Shown here: one piece after another, positions 1-11,692 of the stretch
Layout of the letters: every line of letters begins with the position of its first letter
Position numbering within the stretch: the first letter of the stretch is position 1
Assembly: GCF_006345805.1 (NCBI RefSeq)
Contig: NW_021834107.1
Coordinates: 1-30,737 of the forward strand
Source: Octopus sinensis
Taxonomy: Eukaryota
Direction: 5' to 3'
Length of the DNA stretch: 30,737 bases
Translations under genes and position numbers: made by a program
The notes under the pieces: generated by a model
What the model was told of the DNA's origin: nothing
The model's input: only the letters and a program-made list of their open reading frames with translations
Databases searched by the model: none

Positions 1-91
1 AAAGACACGTGCCCAAGGTGCCACGCAGTGGGCCTGAACCCGGAACCATGTGGTTGGTTAGCAAGCTTCTTACCACACAGCCAATCCTGCG
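1..91 (-). mobile_element. tRNA-derived SINE family A, 5' head (cut by window edge)
   Basis: Reverse complement matches the head of the full copies at 4008 and 13660 (gcgcaggagtggctgtgtggtaag...ggttcagtcccactgcgtggcaccttgggc). Confidence 0.85.
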
Positions 92-94
92 AAG

Positions 95-960
95 TGTATG
101 AGTTGAGCAGTGTTGAAATATGTTTGTCAATTTTTTCAACTGCTAAAAGGCATATACACAGCAGTAACCGGGGGAAATATATCTCTCTTATGGTGAAAAG
201 GTGTGAAAAAACCCCGTTCGTTTAGTGTGGCCATCTATTGGGAATTTCAGACATCCACAATTTAGTCATTTTATCTAAGCAAAGACGAATACAGTTGTAC
301 TCTTGGAAGCTGTAGGGTCACCCGAGCATAGAAGATGAGCATTATTTGGTATTCAATGGTACAACAGTGTAAGAGTTTGCTTTGAGATATATTTAGATTG
401 TGATTTCTGCAATGTGGTGCATAAATTGTCAAGTAAATGAGAGGCATCTTTGCCTCCACTGATTCAGTTGCAAAGTGTTGAGTAAAGTTATTTGATTGCA
501 GACCTCTTTTCAGTATTTTTATTATCACTGGGTCACATTTAGTCCCCAGCTGGTAACATTGATTTCAAGGCCTTCCCAGATGAGTGACTGATTATTCAAA
601 GACGTTTATAGATTGTAAATTTATTCTGTCCAGTTACGTATCAGTATAGTGATCATTTGCAAACTCTAACTTTCATTTCTCCTTAGCCCTCACGTCACAC
701 AGTTGTTAATGTTTATTTCAGTTGGGTCACGCCCTTCCATTTGCTATAGATTCGTAATGCATCTTACGGCGATGCCTCTCACCTTGATGGTGAGGAATAC
801 TACATTGGGAGTGGTAACGACTAGGGTACTGTACCTGACTGCTTATTGTGATCATTTTCTTTTGGTTCCCTGTAGCTTTGCTCTCTTTTACAAACCCAGT
901 GAACATATATTTCCTATTTCAAAGAAATTCAAACAATACATATAGGAACCAAGTTAAAAA
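95..960 (-). pseudogene. Possible highly decayed LINE ORF2 remnant (CR1/L2-like linker region)
   Basis: Only scattered minus-strand peptides weakly reminiscent of LINE ORF2 (e.g. EIPNRW, ICLLAVEKIDKHISTLL), with many stops and frameshifts. No diagnostic motif. Confidence 0.25.
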
Positions 961-1019
961 TATTCTCAACAATTCAACTTATCTGCTTGACATTAAGACG
1001 CCTACCCCCAACAGGGACC

Positions 1020-1271
1020 TTAACTCTCACATTTTACAGCTCCATGACCTTCATGAATGGAATTTTGGAATATGCGCATAAAAATCAGTAGTATGGGATA
1101 CAGGTGGCACGATTACAATTTTTTTAGGGTGTGTAAAGAGGGAAATAACCCTCATCTGCAATTTTGATGAAATTCGAAACATAGGTATTTCAGTTCATTA
1201 CAGAAAATATAACAGAAAAGTCTAATTCTTCAATTGCATATAACACGAGCAACGCCGGGTAACTCTGCTAG
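1020..1271 (+). mobile_element. Non-autonomous Helitron, 3' part
   Basis: Ends in a degenerate hairpin (acgagc-aac-gccggg), then 8 nt, then CTAG (1268-1271) followed by T, like the other Helitron ends here. The 5' boundary is uncertain. Confidence 0.65.
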
Positions 1272-1502
1272 TGTATATATATGATAGTAGCGAATATAAT
1301 TCCAAACTTACAGGAAAAAATTCAATTTAACAAATTTAAATCAAACTTCACAATATATAATATATGTATATAATTTAGAGATAAACCACTATTAAACAAT
1401 TCAATAAAGAAAGAGGTTATTCATCCATATAGGAAACATGCTACAAAAAATAACATTATTTTAAATTAATAAAGTACAATAGATAGTAAATAGGAGTAAA
1501 AA

Positions 1503-1620
1503 GACTACGCACGTTTCATGGCTATATTTTCAAGTAGTTAATAATAATAAAATCAATTCGATTCAAGATTAAATCGAACTAAAATGAATTCTATTTAAAA
1601 ATATAGTCACTCATCAGGTG
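1503..1620 (-). ncRNA. Type I hammerhead ribozyme-like motif with long stem II, in a probable Penelope pLTR remnant (about 1282-1715)
   Basis: Minus strand: cac-CTGATGA-gtgactatatttt...aaaatatagccat-GAAA-cgtgcg-TA-gtc. Stem II arms pair with one mismatch and enclose an inner hairpin agttcgattt/gaatcgaatt. Stem I is only 2 bp. Confidence 0.6.
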
Positions 1621-2017
1621 TAAGATAAAAAATAATTAAAAAAATAATAATAGAATAAATGTACTTAACTTATACTAATTATCAAATAAATATACAAAAA
1701 TACGTTTATTAACTATAAATAATCGAAAAGCATGTATTTGTGTAACGTAACTGTGTATATGTGTTTGGGTGTGTAAGAAAAAAAAAAGAGAGAGAGAGAG
1801 AGAGAAAGGTTGTGGTGAGAGTTATAGTGAGAATCACTTATGCATGCGTGAAGTTCTGTGTGTGAGTGTGTGTGCGCGTATGTATGTGTGCACATATGTG
1901 TGTGTATGTGTGTGAATCTGTGTAATTTGCGGTTGCATGCATCTCTCTGCATGACATCGGTTGTAATGTTACCAACCCTGTTAGGCTTTTACTTAGCTAT
2001 AACAATCCCATAATACC

Positions 2018-2101
2018 CCTCCTCTCTATCTCTTTCTCGTTCTCTCCTTTCTCTCTTTCTTTCACACTCTCTTTTCTCTCCCTCTCTTTCACTCTCTCTT
2101 T

Positions 2102-2148
<47 letters not shown>

Positions 2149-2152
2149 TTCT
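2018..2152. repeat. CT-rich polypyrimidine microsatellite
   Basis: Imperfect (CT)n/(CTTT)n tract. Confidence 0.9.
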
Positions 2153-2502
2153 TATCAGTTACCTTCCATCTACCACCTAAGTAGGCTACATCCACCTTGC
2201 ATCAGTCATCCTCCTCCATCCTCTTACTTCCAAATATGACCCACCAGCCCATTACAATTTTATAAGTTAAAGATTACGGAAACAAAATTCGAACCTGAAA
2301 ATATACGACACTAGGGAAACCATGGTGGGAATTCTATAAGTAATTCTTCAGAGCTGAAGATAAAATGAAACTATAGCGATAAAAGAATAGCAACGAAATG
2401 TTCGATGTTTCGCGCAGTGTCTCTGACTCTACCACCAATTAATGGAAGATGAGTTTAACTTTAACTTGATCACTTCATCTAATTGCTTGTTATTTCCATA
2501 TG

Positions 2503-2867
2503 TGGAGGCGCAATGGCCCAGTGGTTAGGGCAGCGGACTCGCGGTCGAAGGATCGCGGTTTCGATTTCCAGACCGGGCATTGTGAGTGTTTATTGAGCGA
2601 AAACACCTAAAAGCTCCACGAGGCTCCGGCAGGGGGTGGTGGTGAATCCTGTTGTACTCTTTCACCACAACTTTCTCTCGCTCTTTCTTCCTGTTTCTAT
2701 TGTACCTGTATTTCAAAGGGCCAGCCTTGTCTCCTCGAGAACTACGTTAAGGGTACACGTGTCTGTGGAGTGCTCAGCCACTTGCACGTTAATATCACAA
2801 GCAAGCTGTTCCGTTGATCGTATCAGCTGGGACCCTCATCGTCGCAACCGACGGAGTGCTCCTATAC
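2503..2867 (+). mobile_element. tRNA-derived SINE family B (OR1-like), full length with 12-bp TSD
   Basis: A-box tggcccagtgg and B-box-like ggtttcgatttcc. Target-site duplication tatttccatatg at 2491-2502 and 2868-2879. The 3' tail is shared with the SINE at 27200. Confidence 0.85.
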
Positions 2868-2952
2868 TATTTCCATATGAAATCTGATGAGTATTAATCT
2901 GCTAATTAGAAATAATTTCATTACGTGGAAAAGATTAGATTAGCTCATTCTG

Positions 2953-3335
2953 TTACTCTTTTACTTGTTTCAGTCATTTGACTGTGGCCATGCTGGAGCA
3001 CCGCCTCTAGTCGAGCAAATCATCCCCAGGACTTATTCTTTGTAAGCTTAGTACTTATTCTATCGGTCTTTTGCCGAACCGCTAAGTTACGGGGATGTAA
3101 ACACATACCAGCAACGGTTGTCAAGCGATGTTGGGGGGAACAAACACAGACACACAAACATATACACACACACATATATATACATTTATGCGACAGGCTT
3201 CTTTCAGTTTCCGTCTACCAAATCCACTCACAAGGCTTTGGTCGGCCCGAAGCTATAGTAGAAGACACTTGCCTAAGGTGCCACTGAACCCGGAACCATG
3301 TGGTTGGTAAGCAAGCTACTTACCACACAGCCACT
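2953..3335 (-). mobile_element. SINE family A, near full length
   Basis: Reverse complement of 4008-4423 with a small head deletion. Internal (CA)n/(TA)n tract. Confidence 0.9.
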
Positions 3336-3375
3336 TCTATTATTTTAATTACTGAAGTGAATGGAGGTGACAACG

Positions 3376-3412
3376 CCAGACATGTTTCGTTGCTATCAAG
3401 CCTCTTCAGAGA
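3376..3412 (-). ncRNA. Degenerate minimal hammerhead-like motif
   Basis: Minus strand: CTGAAGA-ggcttgatagcaac-GAAA-catg-TC. Palindromic stem III ACATGT is the same as in the 8398-8444 motif. Stem II is imperfect and stem I does not pair. Confidence 0.35.
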
Positions 3413-3709
3413 AACATAATCTCATAGCTATTTAGGCAATTAGTTTGGAAACCACCAAATTGTTTTATAAATTTTATACACAGCTCAACGTAAAAAATTA
3501 ACATGTTTTAGCTAATGAATTAAATTAACATTAGTTAGTGGCTTATGATATTTTATTTTTGAATATTTCACATTAACTTTCTAATGCTATGCGTAAGAAT
3601 AGGTCAGTGGATCCCAGGAAAGCATATTTTCTCAATTATGTGTATAATTCCAGTTTGTGGTTGTGCTGATGGTAGTGTTGATGGCTGTGCTGAACGCTAT
3701 TAATTTAAC

Positions 3710-3710
<1 letters not shown>

Positions 3711-3783
<73 letters not shown>
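3711..3783. repeat. (TAA)n microsatellite
   Basis: Direct reading. Confidence 0.95.
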
Positions 3784-3786
<3 letters not shown>

Positions 3787-4007
3787 TAGATTTCAATGTA
3801 TTCTTCCGTTACGACCGATAAATAAAATTCTCTTTGATCTCGTCATAGATACTCGTTTCCTTATGAGGAAATCTTGAGAGTGGGTGTTTGTCAGTCATAA
3901 TTTTAAAATCACTCCGACCCTGAGACAACATGGCTGCGGGACTGCATGGAACCGCGTGGTACAGTATTAATATATGAGTAAGGGGGAGTGTATATAAAGA
4001 TTGATTA

Positions 4008-4178
4008 GGCGCAGGAGTGGCTGTGTGGTAAGTAGCTTGCTTAAGAACCACATGGTTCCGAGTTCAGTCCCACTGCGTGGCACCTTGGGCAAGTGTCTTC
4101 TGCTATAGCACCGGGCCGACCAATGCCTTGTGAGTGGATTTGGTAGACGGAAACTGAAAGAAGCCCGTCGTATATATG

Positions 4179-4211
<33 letters not shown>

Positions 4212-4423
4212 GTTTGTGTGTCTGTGTTTGTCCCCCTAGCATTTCTTGACAACCGATGCTGGTGTGTTTATGTCCCCGTAACTTAGCGGTTCGGCAAAAG
4301 AGACCGATAGAATAAGTACTAGGCTTACAAAGAATAAGTCCCGGGGTCGAGTTGCTCGACTAAAGGCGGTGCTCCAGCATGGCCGCAGTCAAATGACTGA
4401 AACAAGTAAAAGAGTAAAGAGTA
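4008..4423 (+). mobile_element. SINE family A, full length (about 410 bp)
   Basis: tRNA-like head with A-box tggctgtgtgg and B-box gagttcagtcc. Internal (TA)n(TG)n tract. 3' end gactgaaacaagtaaaagag. More than ten related pieces occur in the window. Confidence 0.92.
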
Positions 4424-4942
4424 TATCGAACATGCACGCTTATAAGTACCCGGATTTTATTAAACTTGCTCTCCGGTATATATTCCTACTTTTCATGTAA
4501 CTGTTACATAATCCGTGACTACATGCGATTATAAATGATGTGTTTGCGTGTGCATATCTTCCCTTCCGTGGCTGCGTGGGAGTGTGCGTAAGTGGGGGGA
4601 TGTAGGGGAATGATATAAATTATATATACACACAGTGTCAACCGTTTCAGCTAAATGTGACTTTAATTAATATACGAGTCGTTCCAGGAATGGCCAATTC
4701 CGTTGAGTTTCGAGATTTATAGTAACACCAGCATCTCCCTGGAAACGATCATGTAGTGCTTGGCTCTGTAAATTACAAAACTCGACTGAGTTCTAATGAT
4801 AAATATCATTATATATATATATATGTGTGTGGGTGTGTGTGTATGTGTGTATCATTTATATATATATATATATATATGTATTTTTATTTATTTTATATTT
4901 TATCTAGATTCAGCTCACGAGCTGTGGCCATGCTGGGACATC

Positions 4943-5014
<72 letters not shown>

Positions 5015-5022
5015 TATATTAT

Positions 5023-5054
<32 letters not shown>

Positions 5055-5102
5055 CATATATCTAGATTCAGCATACATACATACATACATATATATATAT
5101 AA

Positions 5103-5325
5103 GTCCCCGTCACTTAGCGGTTCGGCAAAAGAGACCGTGATAGAATAAGTACTGGGTTTACAAAAGAATAGTCCCGGGGTCGAGTTGCTCGATTAAAGGT
5201 GGTGCTCCACTCACAATGCTTTGGTCGACAAGAGGCTTATAGTAGAAAACACTTGCTCAAGGTTCCACGCAGAGGGACAGAACCCAGACCATGTGATTGG
5301 AAAGCAAGCTTCTAACCACACAGCA
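5103..5325. mobile_element. SINE family A chimera: 3' part on + (5103-5209) fused to 5' part on - (5206-5325)
   Basis: Both parts match family A, and the junction shares tcca (5206-5209). Confidence 0.8.
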
Positions 5326-5363
5326 CCTATCTAATTTAGTTATATATATATACATACATATAC

Positions 5364-5416
<53 letters not shown>

Positions 5417-5932
5417 ATATATGTACACACAATATAATAAATACGCATGTACACACCGCACAAACGTATATGCTCGTACTTATGTATATGTCATATATTA
5501 TATTATATTATATTATGTTCTTATTATAACCAAAATATCTAATATGTCAGTCGGACTCTTTCGAAAGTTCCTTATATGATCAACTGTAAATTCTTTGAAA
5601 GCGAAATCAAAAGTTCATTTGAAATTTCCTGCGAAAGGAAAAGTAGATAACGATTTCAGGAACATCTTAATCAGAAGTATATAGTGGCAGAATTATAGCG
5701 ACAGAGGGCGGGTCAAAGATACTTTTAAGAAAACATTCGTCTGGATGTGTCCAGTATCCGGCGCGGCAGGGTGGGACAGATCTCGTGAGATCAAACTCAT
5801 TGCCACAAACAATTCATCACTTTATCAAGATTATGTACAAATGTAAGCATGTACAGGGTGTGCCTGCATTTAGGGATGTGTGGGCGTCTTTCATACACAC
5901 ACATACACAGAGGCACACACATATTACATATA

Positions 5933-5987
<55 letters not shown>

Positions 5988-5998
5988 ATATATGTATA

Positions 5999-6039
<41 letters not shown>

Positions 6040-6059
6040 TATATATAATAGATATATAT

Positions 6060-6099
<40 letters not shown>

Positions 6100-6100
<1 letters not shown>

Positions 6101-6497
6101 CGCGCAGGAGTGGCTGTGTGGTAAGTAGCTTGCTAACCAGCCACATGATTCCGGGTTCAGTCCCCTTGCGTAGCATCTTGGGCAAGGTCTTCTGCTATAG
6201 GCCTGGGCCGACCAATGCCTTGTGAGTGGATTGGTAGACGGAAACTGAAAGAAGCCTGTCGTATATATGTTATATATATTATGTATGTGTGTGTGGTGTT
6301 TGTGTGTCTGTGTTTGTCCCCCTAGCATTGCTTGACAACCGACGCTGGTGTGTTTACGTCCCCGTCACTTAGCGGTTCGGCAAAAGAGACCAATAGAATA
6401 AGTACTGGGCTTATAAAGAATAAGTCCCGGGGTCGAGTTGCTCGACTAAAGGCGGTGCACCAGCATGGCCTCAGTCGAATGACTGAAACAAGAAAAG
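6100..6497 (+). mobile_element. SINE family A, full length
   Basis: Collinear with 4008-4423. Confidence 0.92.
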
Positions 6498-6698
6498 TGT
6501 ATACATATACACACACAAACATATATATTTACTAGTAAAGTCACCTGGCGTTGCCAGGGAATTAAATTTTTCCTTACATATCGGCAGGAAAAAGTAAAAT
6601 ATGTTGTAGAGAAATTCGTAATCCTAAATTCAAATAATTCTTCAATTGGGATACTATTTATTCTTTAATTGGGAAATCAATTCTGAATTCATAATACA

Positions 6699-6743
6699 TA
6701 ATAATAATAATAATAATAATAATAATAGTAATAATGATAATGG

Positions 6744-6802
<59 letters not shown>

Positions 6803-6806
6803 TGGG

Positions 6807-6865
<59 letters not shown>

Positions 6866-6866
6866 A
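6699..6866. repeat. (TAA)n(GAT)n compound microsatellite inside the Helitron 3' region
   Basis: Direct reading. Confidence 0.95.
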
Positions 6867-6932
6867 AACGAAAATACAAAATTTACCACTTTTATGAAAG
6901 GAGATAAATTCTACCACATATGTTGAAGGAAA

Positions 6933-7890
6933 TTACGGAAGAGCTTCTGGGAAAACAACATTCTTTGTTTTCTGGTTTGGAGCATAGACAAATAAGCCCT
7001 GGAGCAACCGACATAAAGTAGTTGACCATGAGAAAAGCAAACCAGTAGATTTCAAAGACTGACCTTGAACCTTATTAATAGACATTGCAAAGTCAAGTCG
7101 CACTGGGAATTGTGTTCTTTTGATCTCAAATGACATGTCTGTTGGTTTGATTGGAATTCTTGGAATGAAGGCTTCTTCCCCAGAGGAACATCCATTGATG
7201 ATGGTACCTTCCGTCATGTTAGGTGGTAGTGTCTTCACAATCAACCTTGTCCCATTGCATAATTTAGAAGGATCTAAATTTCTTAGAAACATTATTGGGA
7301 CTCCTACCTTCAGAAAAGGTTTATGTTGTGGAGATCCAGGTGGCTCAAGACAAGTTAGGAACTTTGTTGAGTAATGGACATCTTTATTTTCATCAAGGAC
7401 TGAATCAACTGATTTGTACTTCTTAATGACTGTTGGAATCTTATTCATTAATTCATAGCTAATCCTTGCTACTGTATCATTTTTTGGAGTAAGAATTGCC
7501 CTTTCACACAACCATTTATGTGAATTACAATTATTACTTAAGTCTGGCAATACCCTGTTCTTCAATTCAGCTGATATCACCATTCAAACTGATATCACCA
7601 TTCCCATCAAATGGTATTTTCCCATTTCCTAATTGGAGAAACCAGGTTGAAAACTGTTTTGCACATAGGTCCCCATGTAAGGAAGCTCGCATGTTAGCAT
7701 TGAAGGAGGATTTCAGTTCTTTATTCCATAGGTGTGAAGACTTAATGCATGCTTTTATTTCATCAGATCTTGTTCCTCTCGGAATGACTGGTAAAGTCTG
7801 TCTGAAGTCACCTGATAAAACTAACGTAACTTCTGCTATAGACTTATTGTTGCCTCTGATGTACTGTAAGATCTTACCAAGAGCTTCCAT
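6933..7890 (-). pseudogene. PIF1-family (SF1B) helicase domain of Helitron RepHel, truncated and frameshifted
   Basis: Motifs LSGDFRQTLPVIP, NMRA, ERAILTPKN, LRNLDPSKLCNGTRL and RTQFPVRLDFAMSINKVQGQSL. Split into ORFs 7567-7890 and 6933-7583. Motifs I-II and the Rep domain are absent. Confidence 0.92.
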
Positions 7891-7898
7891 TGCACCTC

Positions 7899-8002
7899 TA
7901 GATAGAATAAGTACGAGGCTTACAAAGAATAAGTTCGATTTGTTCGACTAAAGGCGGTACTCCAGCATGGCCGCATTCAAATGAATGAAACAAGTAAAAG
8001 AA
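7899..8002 (+). mobile_element. SINE family A, 3' tail fragment
   Basis: gatagaataagtac...gaaacaagtaaaaga. It lies at the point where the helicase is truncated. Confidence 0.85.
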
Positions 8003-8009
8003 TATATAT

Positions 8010-8235
8010 CTTACCTTTTACTTGTTTCACTCATTACACTGCTGCCATGCCTTGAAGAATTTTTAGGCGAATTAATCAGCCCCAGTAATTATTTATGTAT
8101 TTATTGCTAAGCCTGGTACTTATTCCATCGACAGCTTATGCAGAACCGCTAAGTTATGGAGATAAAAACACACCAAACACAGGTTGTCAAGCGGTGCGGG
8201 GAATAAACACAGACACAAAGACACGCACACATATA
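8010..8235 (-). mobile_element. SINE family A, 3' half (the 5' half probably resumes at 13047-13120)
   Basis: Runs from the tail (ttttacttgtttca) to cagacacaaagacac, then the internal (TA)n tract. Confidence 0.8.
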
Positions 8236-8397
8236 CCTATATTATATATATATATATATATTATAATATATATATATATATATATAATATATATATATTT
8301 ATTTATTTATAAGAAGTGTAGATCGTATAAGAGTGGGTATTTGTAAAAAAGAAGTTTGAAAACGCCACTATATTAGATAAATTTTAATTTTCTTAGG

Positions 8398-8444
8398 AAT
8401 TTTTACATGTTTCGGTTCTTGAAAAAACGAACCTTATCAAAAAT
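8398..8444 (-). ncRNA. Minimal type I hammerhead ribozyme, U3-A8 core variant
   Basis: Minus strand: attt-TTGATAA-ggttc(gttttttcaa)gaacc-GAAA-catg-TA-aaaat. Perfect 5-bp stem II, palindromic stem III ACATGT, GUA cleavage triplet and a short A-U stem I. Confidence 0.72.
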
Positions 8445-8451
8445 ATTTGAA

Positions 8452-11400
8452 AAGTTAAGTGTAATAGAAAAAGTTCATAATTGCTTCTTACTGGTCTCAA
8501 TAGAATCCATGTGGTGGTGTTTTGTCGGTAGTAGGTAATAGCTATAAATTTCAAGTTGAGTGTAATACAGAAGTTCATAATTGCTTCTTACTGGTCTCAA
8601 TAGAATTCATGTGGTGGTGTTTTGTCGGTAGTAGGTATAATAGCTATAAATTTCAAGTGAGTGTAATACAGAAGTTCATAATTGCTTCTTACTGGCCTCA
8701 ATAGAATCCATGTGGTGGTTGTTTTGTCGGTAGTAGGATAATAGCTATAAATTTCAAGTTGAGTGTAATACAGAAGTTCATAATTGCTTCTTACTGGTCT
8801 CAATAGAATCCATGTGGGTGTTTTGTCGGTAGTAGGTATAATAGCTATAAATTTCAAGTTGAGTGTAATACAGAAGTTCATAATTGCTTCTACTGGTCTC
8901 AATAGAATCCATGTGGTGGTGTTTTGTCGGTAGTAGGTATAATAGCTATAAATTTCAAGTTGAGTGTAATACAGAAGTTCATAATTGCTTCTTACTGGTC
9001 TCAATAGAATCCATGTGTGGTGTTTTGTGTCGGTAGTAGGTATAATAGCTATAAATTTCAAGTTGAGTGTAATACAGAAGTTCATAATTGCTTCTTACTG
9101 GCCTCAATAGAATCCATGTGGTGGTGTTTTGTCGGTAGTAGGTATAATAGCTATAAATTTCAAGTTGAGTGTAATACAGAAGTTCATAATTGCTTCTTAC
9201 TGGTCTCAATAGAATCCATGTGGTGGGGTTTTGTCGGTAGTAGGTATAATAGCTATAAATTTCAAGTTGAGGTAATACAGAAGTTCATAATTGCTTCTTA
9301 CTGGCCTCAATAGAATCCATGTGGTGGTGTTTGTCGGTAGTAGGTATAATAGCTATAAATTTCAAGTTGAGTGTAATACAGAAGTTCATAATTGCTCTTA
9401 CTGGTCTCAATAGAATTCATGTGGTGGTGTTTTGTCGGTAGTAGGTATAATAGCTATAAATTCAAGTTGAGTGTAATACAGAAGTTCATAATTGCTTCTT
9501 ACTGGTCTCAATAGAATCCATGTGGTGGTGTTTTGTTGTAGTAGGTATAGGTAGTAGGTATAATAGCTATAAATTTCAAGTTGAGTGTAATACAGAAGTT
9601 CATAATTGCTTCTTACTGGTCTCAATAGAATCCATGTGGTGTTGTTTTGTCGGTAGTAGGTATATATATAGCTATAAATTTCAAGTTGAGTGTAATACAG
9701 AAGTTCATAATTGCTTCTTACTGGTCTCATAGAATCCATGTGGTGGTGTTTTGTCGGTAGTAGGTATAATAGCTATAAATTTCAAGTTGAGTGTAATACA
9801 GAAGTTCATAATTGCTTCTTACTGGTCTCAATAGAATCCATGTGGTGGGTGTTTTGTCGGTAGTAGGTATAATAGCTATAAATTTCAAGTTGAGTGTAAT
9901 ACAGAAGTTCATAATTGCTTCTTACTGGTCTCAATAGAATCCATGTGGTGGTGGTTTTTTGTCGGTAGTAGGTATAATAGCTATAAATTTCAAGTTGAGT
10001 GTAATACAGAAGTTCATAATTGCTTCTTACTGGTCTCAATAGAATCCATGGTGGTGTTGTTTGTCGGTAGTAGGTATAATAGCTATAAATTTCAAGTTGA
10101 GTGTAATACAGAAGTTCATAATTGCTTCTTACTGGTCTCAATAGAATCCATGTGTGGTGTTTTGTCGGTAGTAGGTATAATAGCTATAAATTCAAGTTGA
10201 GTGTAATACAGAAGTTCATAATTGCTTCTTACTGGTCTCAATAGAATCCATGTGGTGGTGTTTTGTCGGTAGTAGGTATAATAGCTATAAATTTCAAGTT
10301 GAGTGTAATACAGAAGTTCATAATTGCTTCTTACTGGTCTCAATAGAATTCATGTGGTGGTGTTTTGTCGGTAGTAGGTATAATAGCTATAAATTTCAAG
10401 TTGAGTGTAATACAGAAGTTCATAATTGCTTCTTACTGGTCTCAATAGAATCCATGTGGTGGTGTTTTGTCGGTAGTAGGTATAATAGCTATAAATTTCA
10501 AGTTGAGTGTAATACAGAAGTTCATAATTGCTTCTTACTGGTCTCAATAGAATCCATGTGGTGGTGTGTTTTGTCGGTAGTAGGTATAGGTATAGAGCTA
10601 TAAATTTCAAGTTGAGTGTAATACAGAAGTTCATAATGCTTCTTACTGGTCTCAATAGAATCCATGTGGTGGTGTTTTGTCGGTAGTAGGTATAATAGCT
10701 ATAATTTCAAGTTGAGTGTAATACAGAAGTTCATAATTGCTTCTTACTGGTCTCAATAGAATCCATGTGGTGGTGTTGTTTTGTCGGTAGTAGGTATAAT
10801 AGCTATAAATTTCAAGTTGAGTGTAATACAGAGTTCATAATTGCTTCTTACTGGTCTCAATAGAATCCATGTGGTGGTGTTTTGTCGGTAGTAGGTATAA
10901 TAGCTATAAATTTCAAGTTGAGTGTAATACAGAAGTTCATAATTGCTTCTTACTGGTCTCAATAGAATCCATGTGGTGGTGTTTTGTCGGTAGTAGGTAT
11001 AATAATAAATTTCAAGTTGAGTGTAATACAGAAGTTCATAATTGCTTCTTACTGGTCTCAATAGAATCCATGTGGTGGTGTTTTCGGTAGTAGGTATAAT
11101 AGCTATAAAATTTCAAGTTGTGAGTGTAATACAGAATTCATAATTGCTTCTTACTGGTCTCAATAGAATCCATGTGGTGGTGTTTGTTGGGGTAGTAGGT
11201 ATAATAGCTATAAATTTCAAGTTGAGTGTAATACAGAAGTTCATAATTGCTTCTTACTGGTCTCATAGAATCCATGTGGTGGTGTTTTGTCGGTAGTAGG
11301 TATAATAGCTATAAATTTCAAGTTGAGTGTAATACAGAAGTTCATAATTGCTTCTTACTGGTCTCAATAGAATCCATGTGGTGGTGTTTTGTCGGTAGTA

Positions 11401-11692
11401 GGTATAATAGCTATAAATTTCAAGTTGAGTGTAATACAGAAGTTCATAATTGCTTCTTACTGGTCTCAATAGAATCCATGTGGTGGTGTTTTGTCGGTAG
11501 TAGGTATAATAGCTATAAATTTCAAGTTGAGTGTAATACAGAAGTTCATAATTGCTTCTTACTGGTCTCAATAGAATCCATGTGGTGGTGTTTTGTCGGT
11601 AGTAGGTATAATAGCTATAAATTTCAAGTTGAGTGTAGTAAAGAAGTTCATAATTGCTTCTTACTGGTCTCAACAGGATCCACGTGGTTGTT
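8452..11692. repeat. Tandem array of a 102-bp unit, about 32 copies
   Basis: Unit aatagaatccatgtggtggtgttttgtcggtagtaggtataatagctataaatttcaagttgagtgtaatacagaagttcataattgcttcttactggtctc. The period is 102 (e.g. 11365 to 11467). Internal copies are near-identical apart from small indels, and both edge copies are diverged. Confidence 0.97.

Larger units (their letters stand above)
6532..7895 (-). mobile_element. Helitron, 3' portion of a formerly autonomous element
   Basis: Helicase C-terminus followed on the - strand by a perfect hairpin cctggc-aac-gccagg (6544-6558), 8 nt, then CTAG (6535-6532) and T. Confidence 0.9.

Noticed and set aside
2345-2372. tcttcag-ag-ctgaaga palindrome followed by gaaa
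   Set aside because: There is no stem II or III, and a short palindrome like this is compatible with chance.
2503-2580. tRNA gene (also the heads at 4008, 18819 and 28915)
   Set aside because: A/B boxes are present but run into SINE bodies with tails or TSDs, and I could not fold a complete cloverleaf.
2881-2922. CTGATGA...GAAA hammerhead candidate
   Set aside because: Stems II and III do not pair adequately.
4756-6328. YIYI/HTHT/VCVC-type ORFs here and throughout the window
   Set aside because: They are translations of (TA)n, (CA)n and related microsatellites or of SINE sequence.
6933-7890. Host PIF1 helicase gene
   Set aside because: It is intronless, frameshifted and truncated, and it is followed by a Helitron hairpin-CTAG terminus.
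8452-11692. CRISPR array
   Set aside because: The whole 102-bp unit repeats with no unique spacers, there are no cas genes, and the context is eukaryotic.
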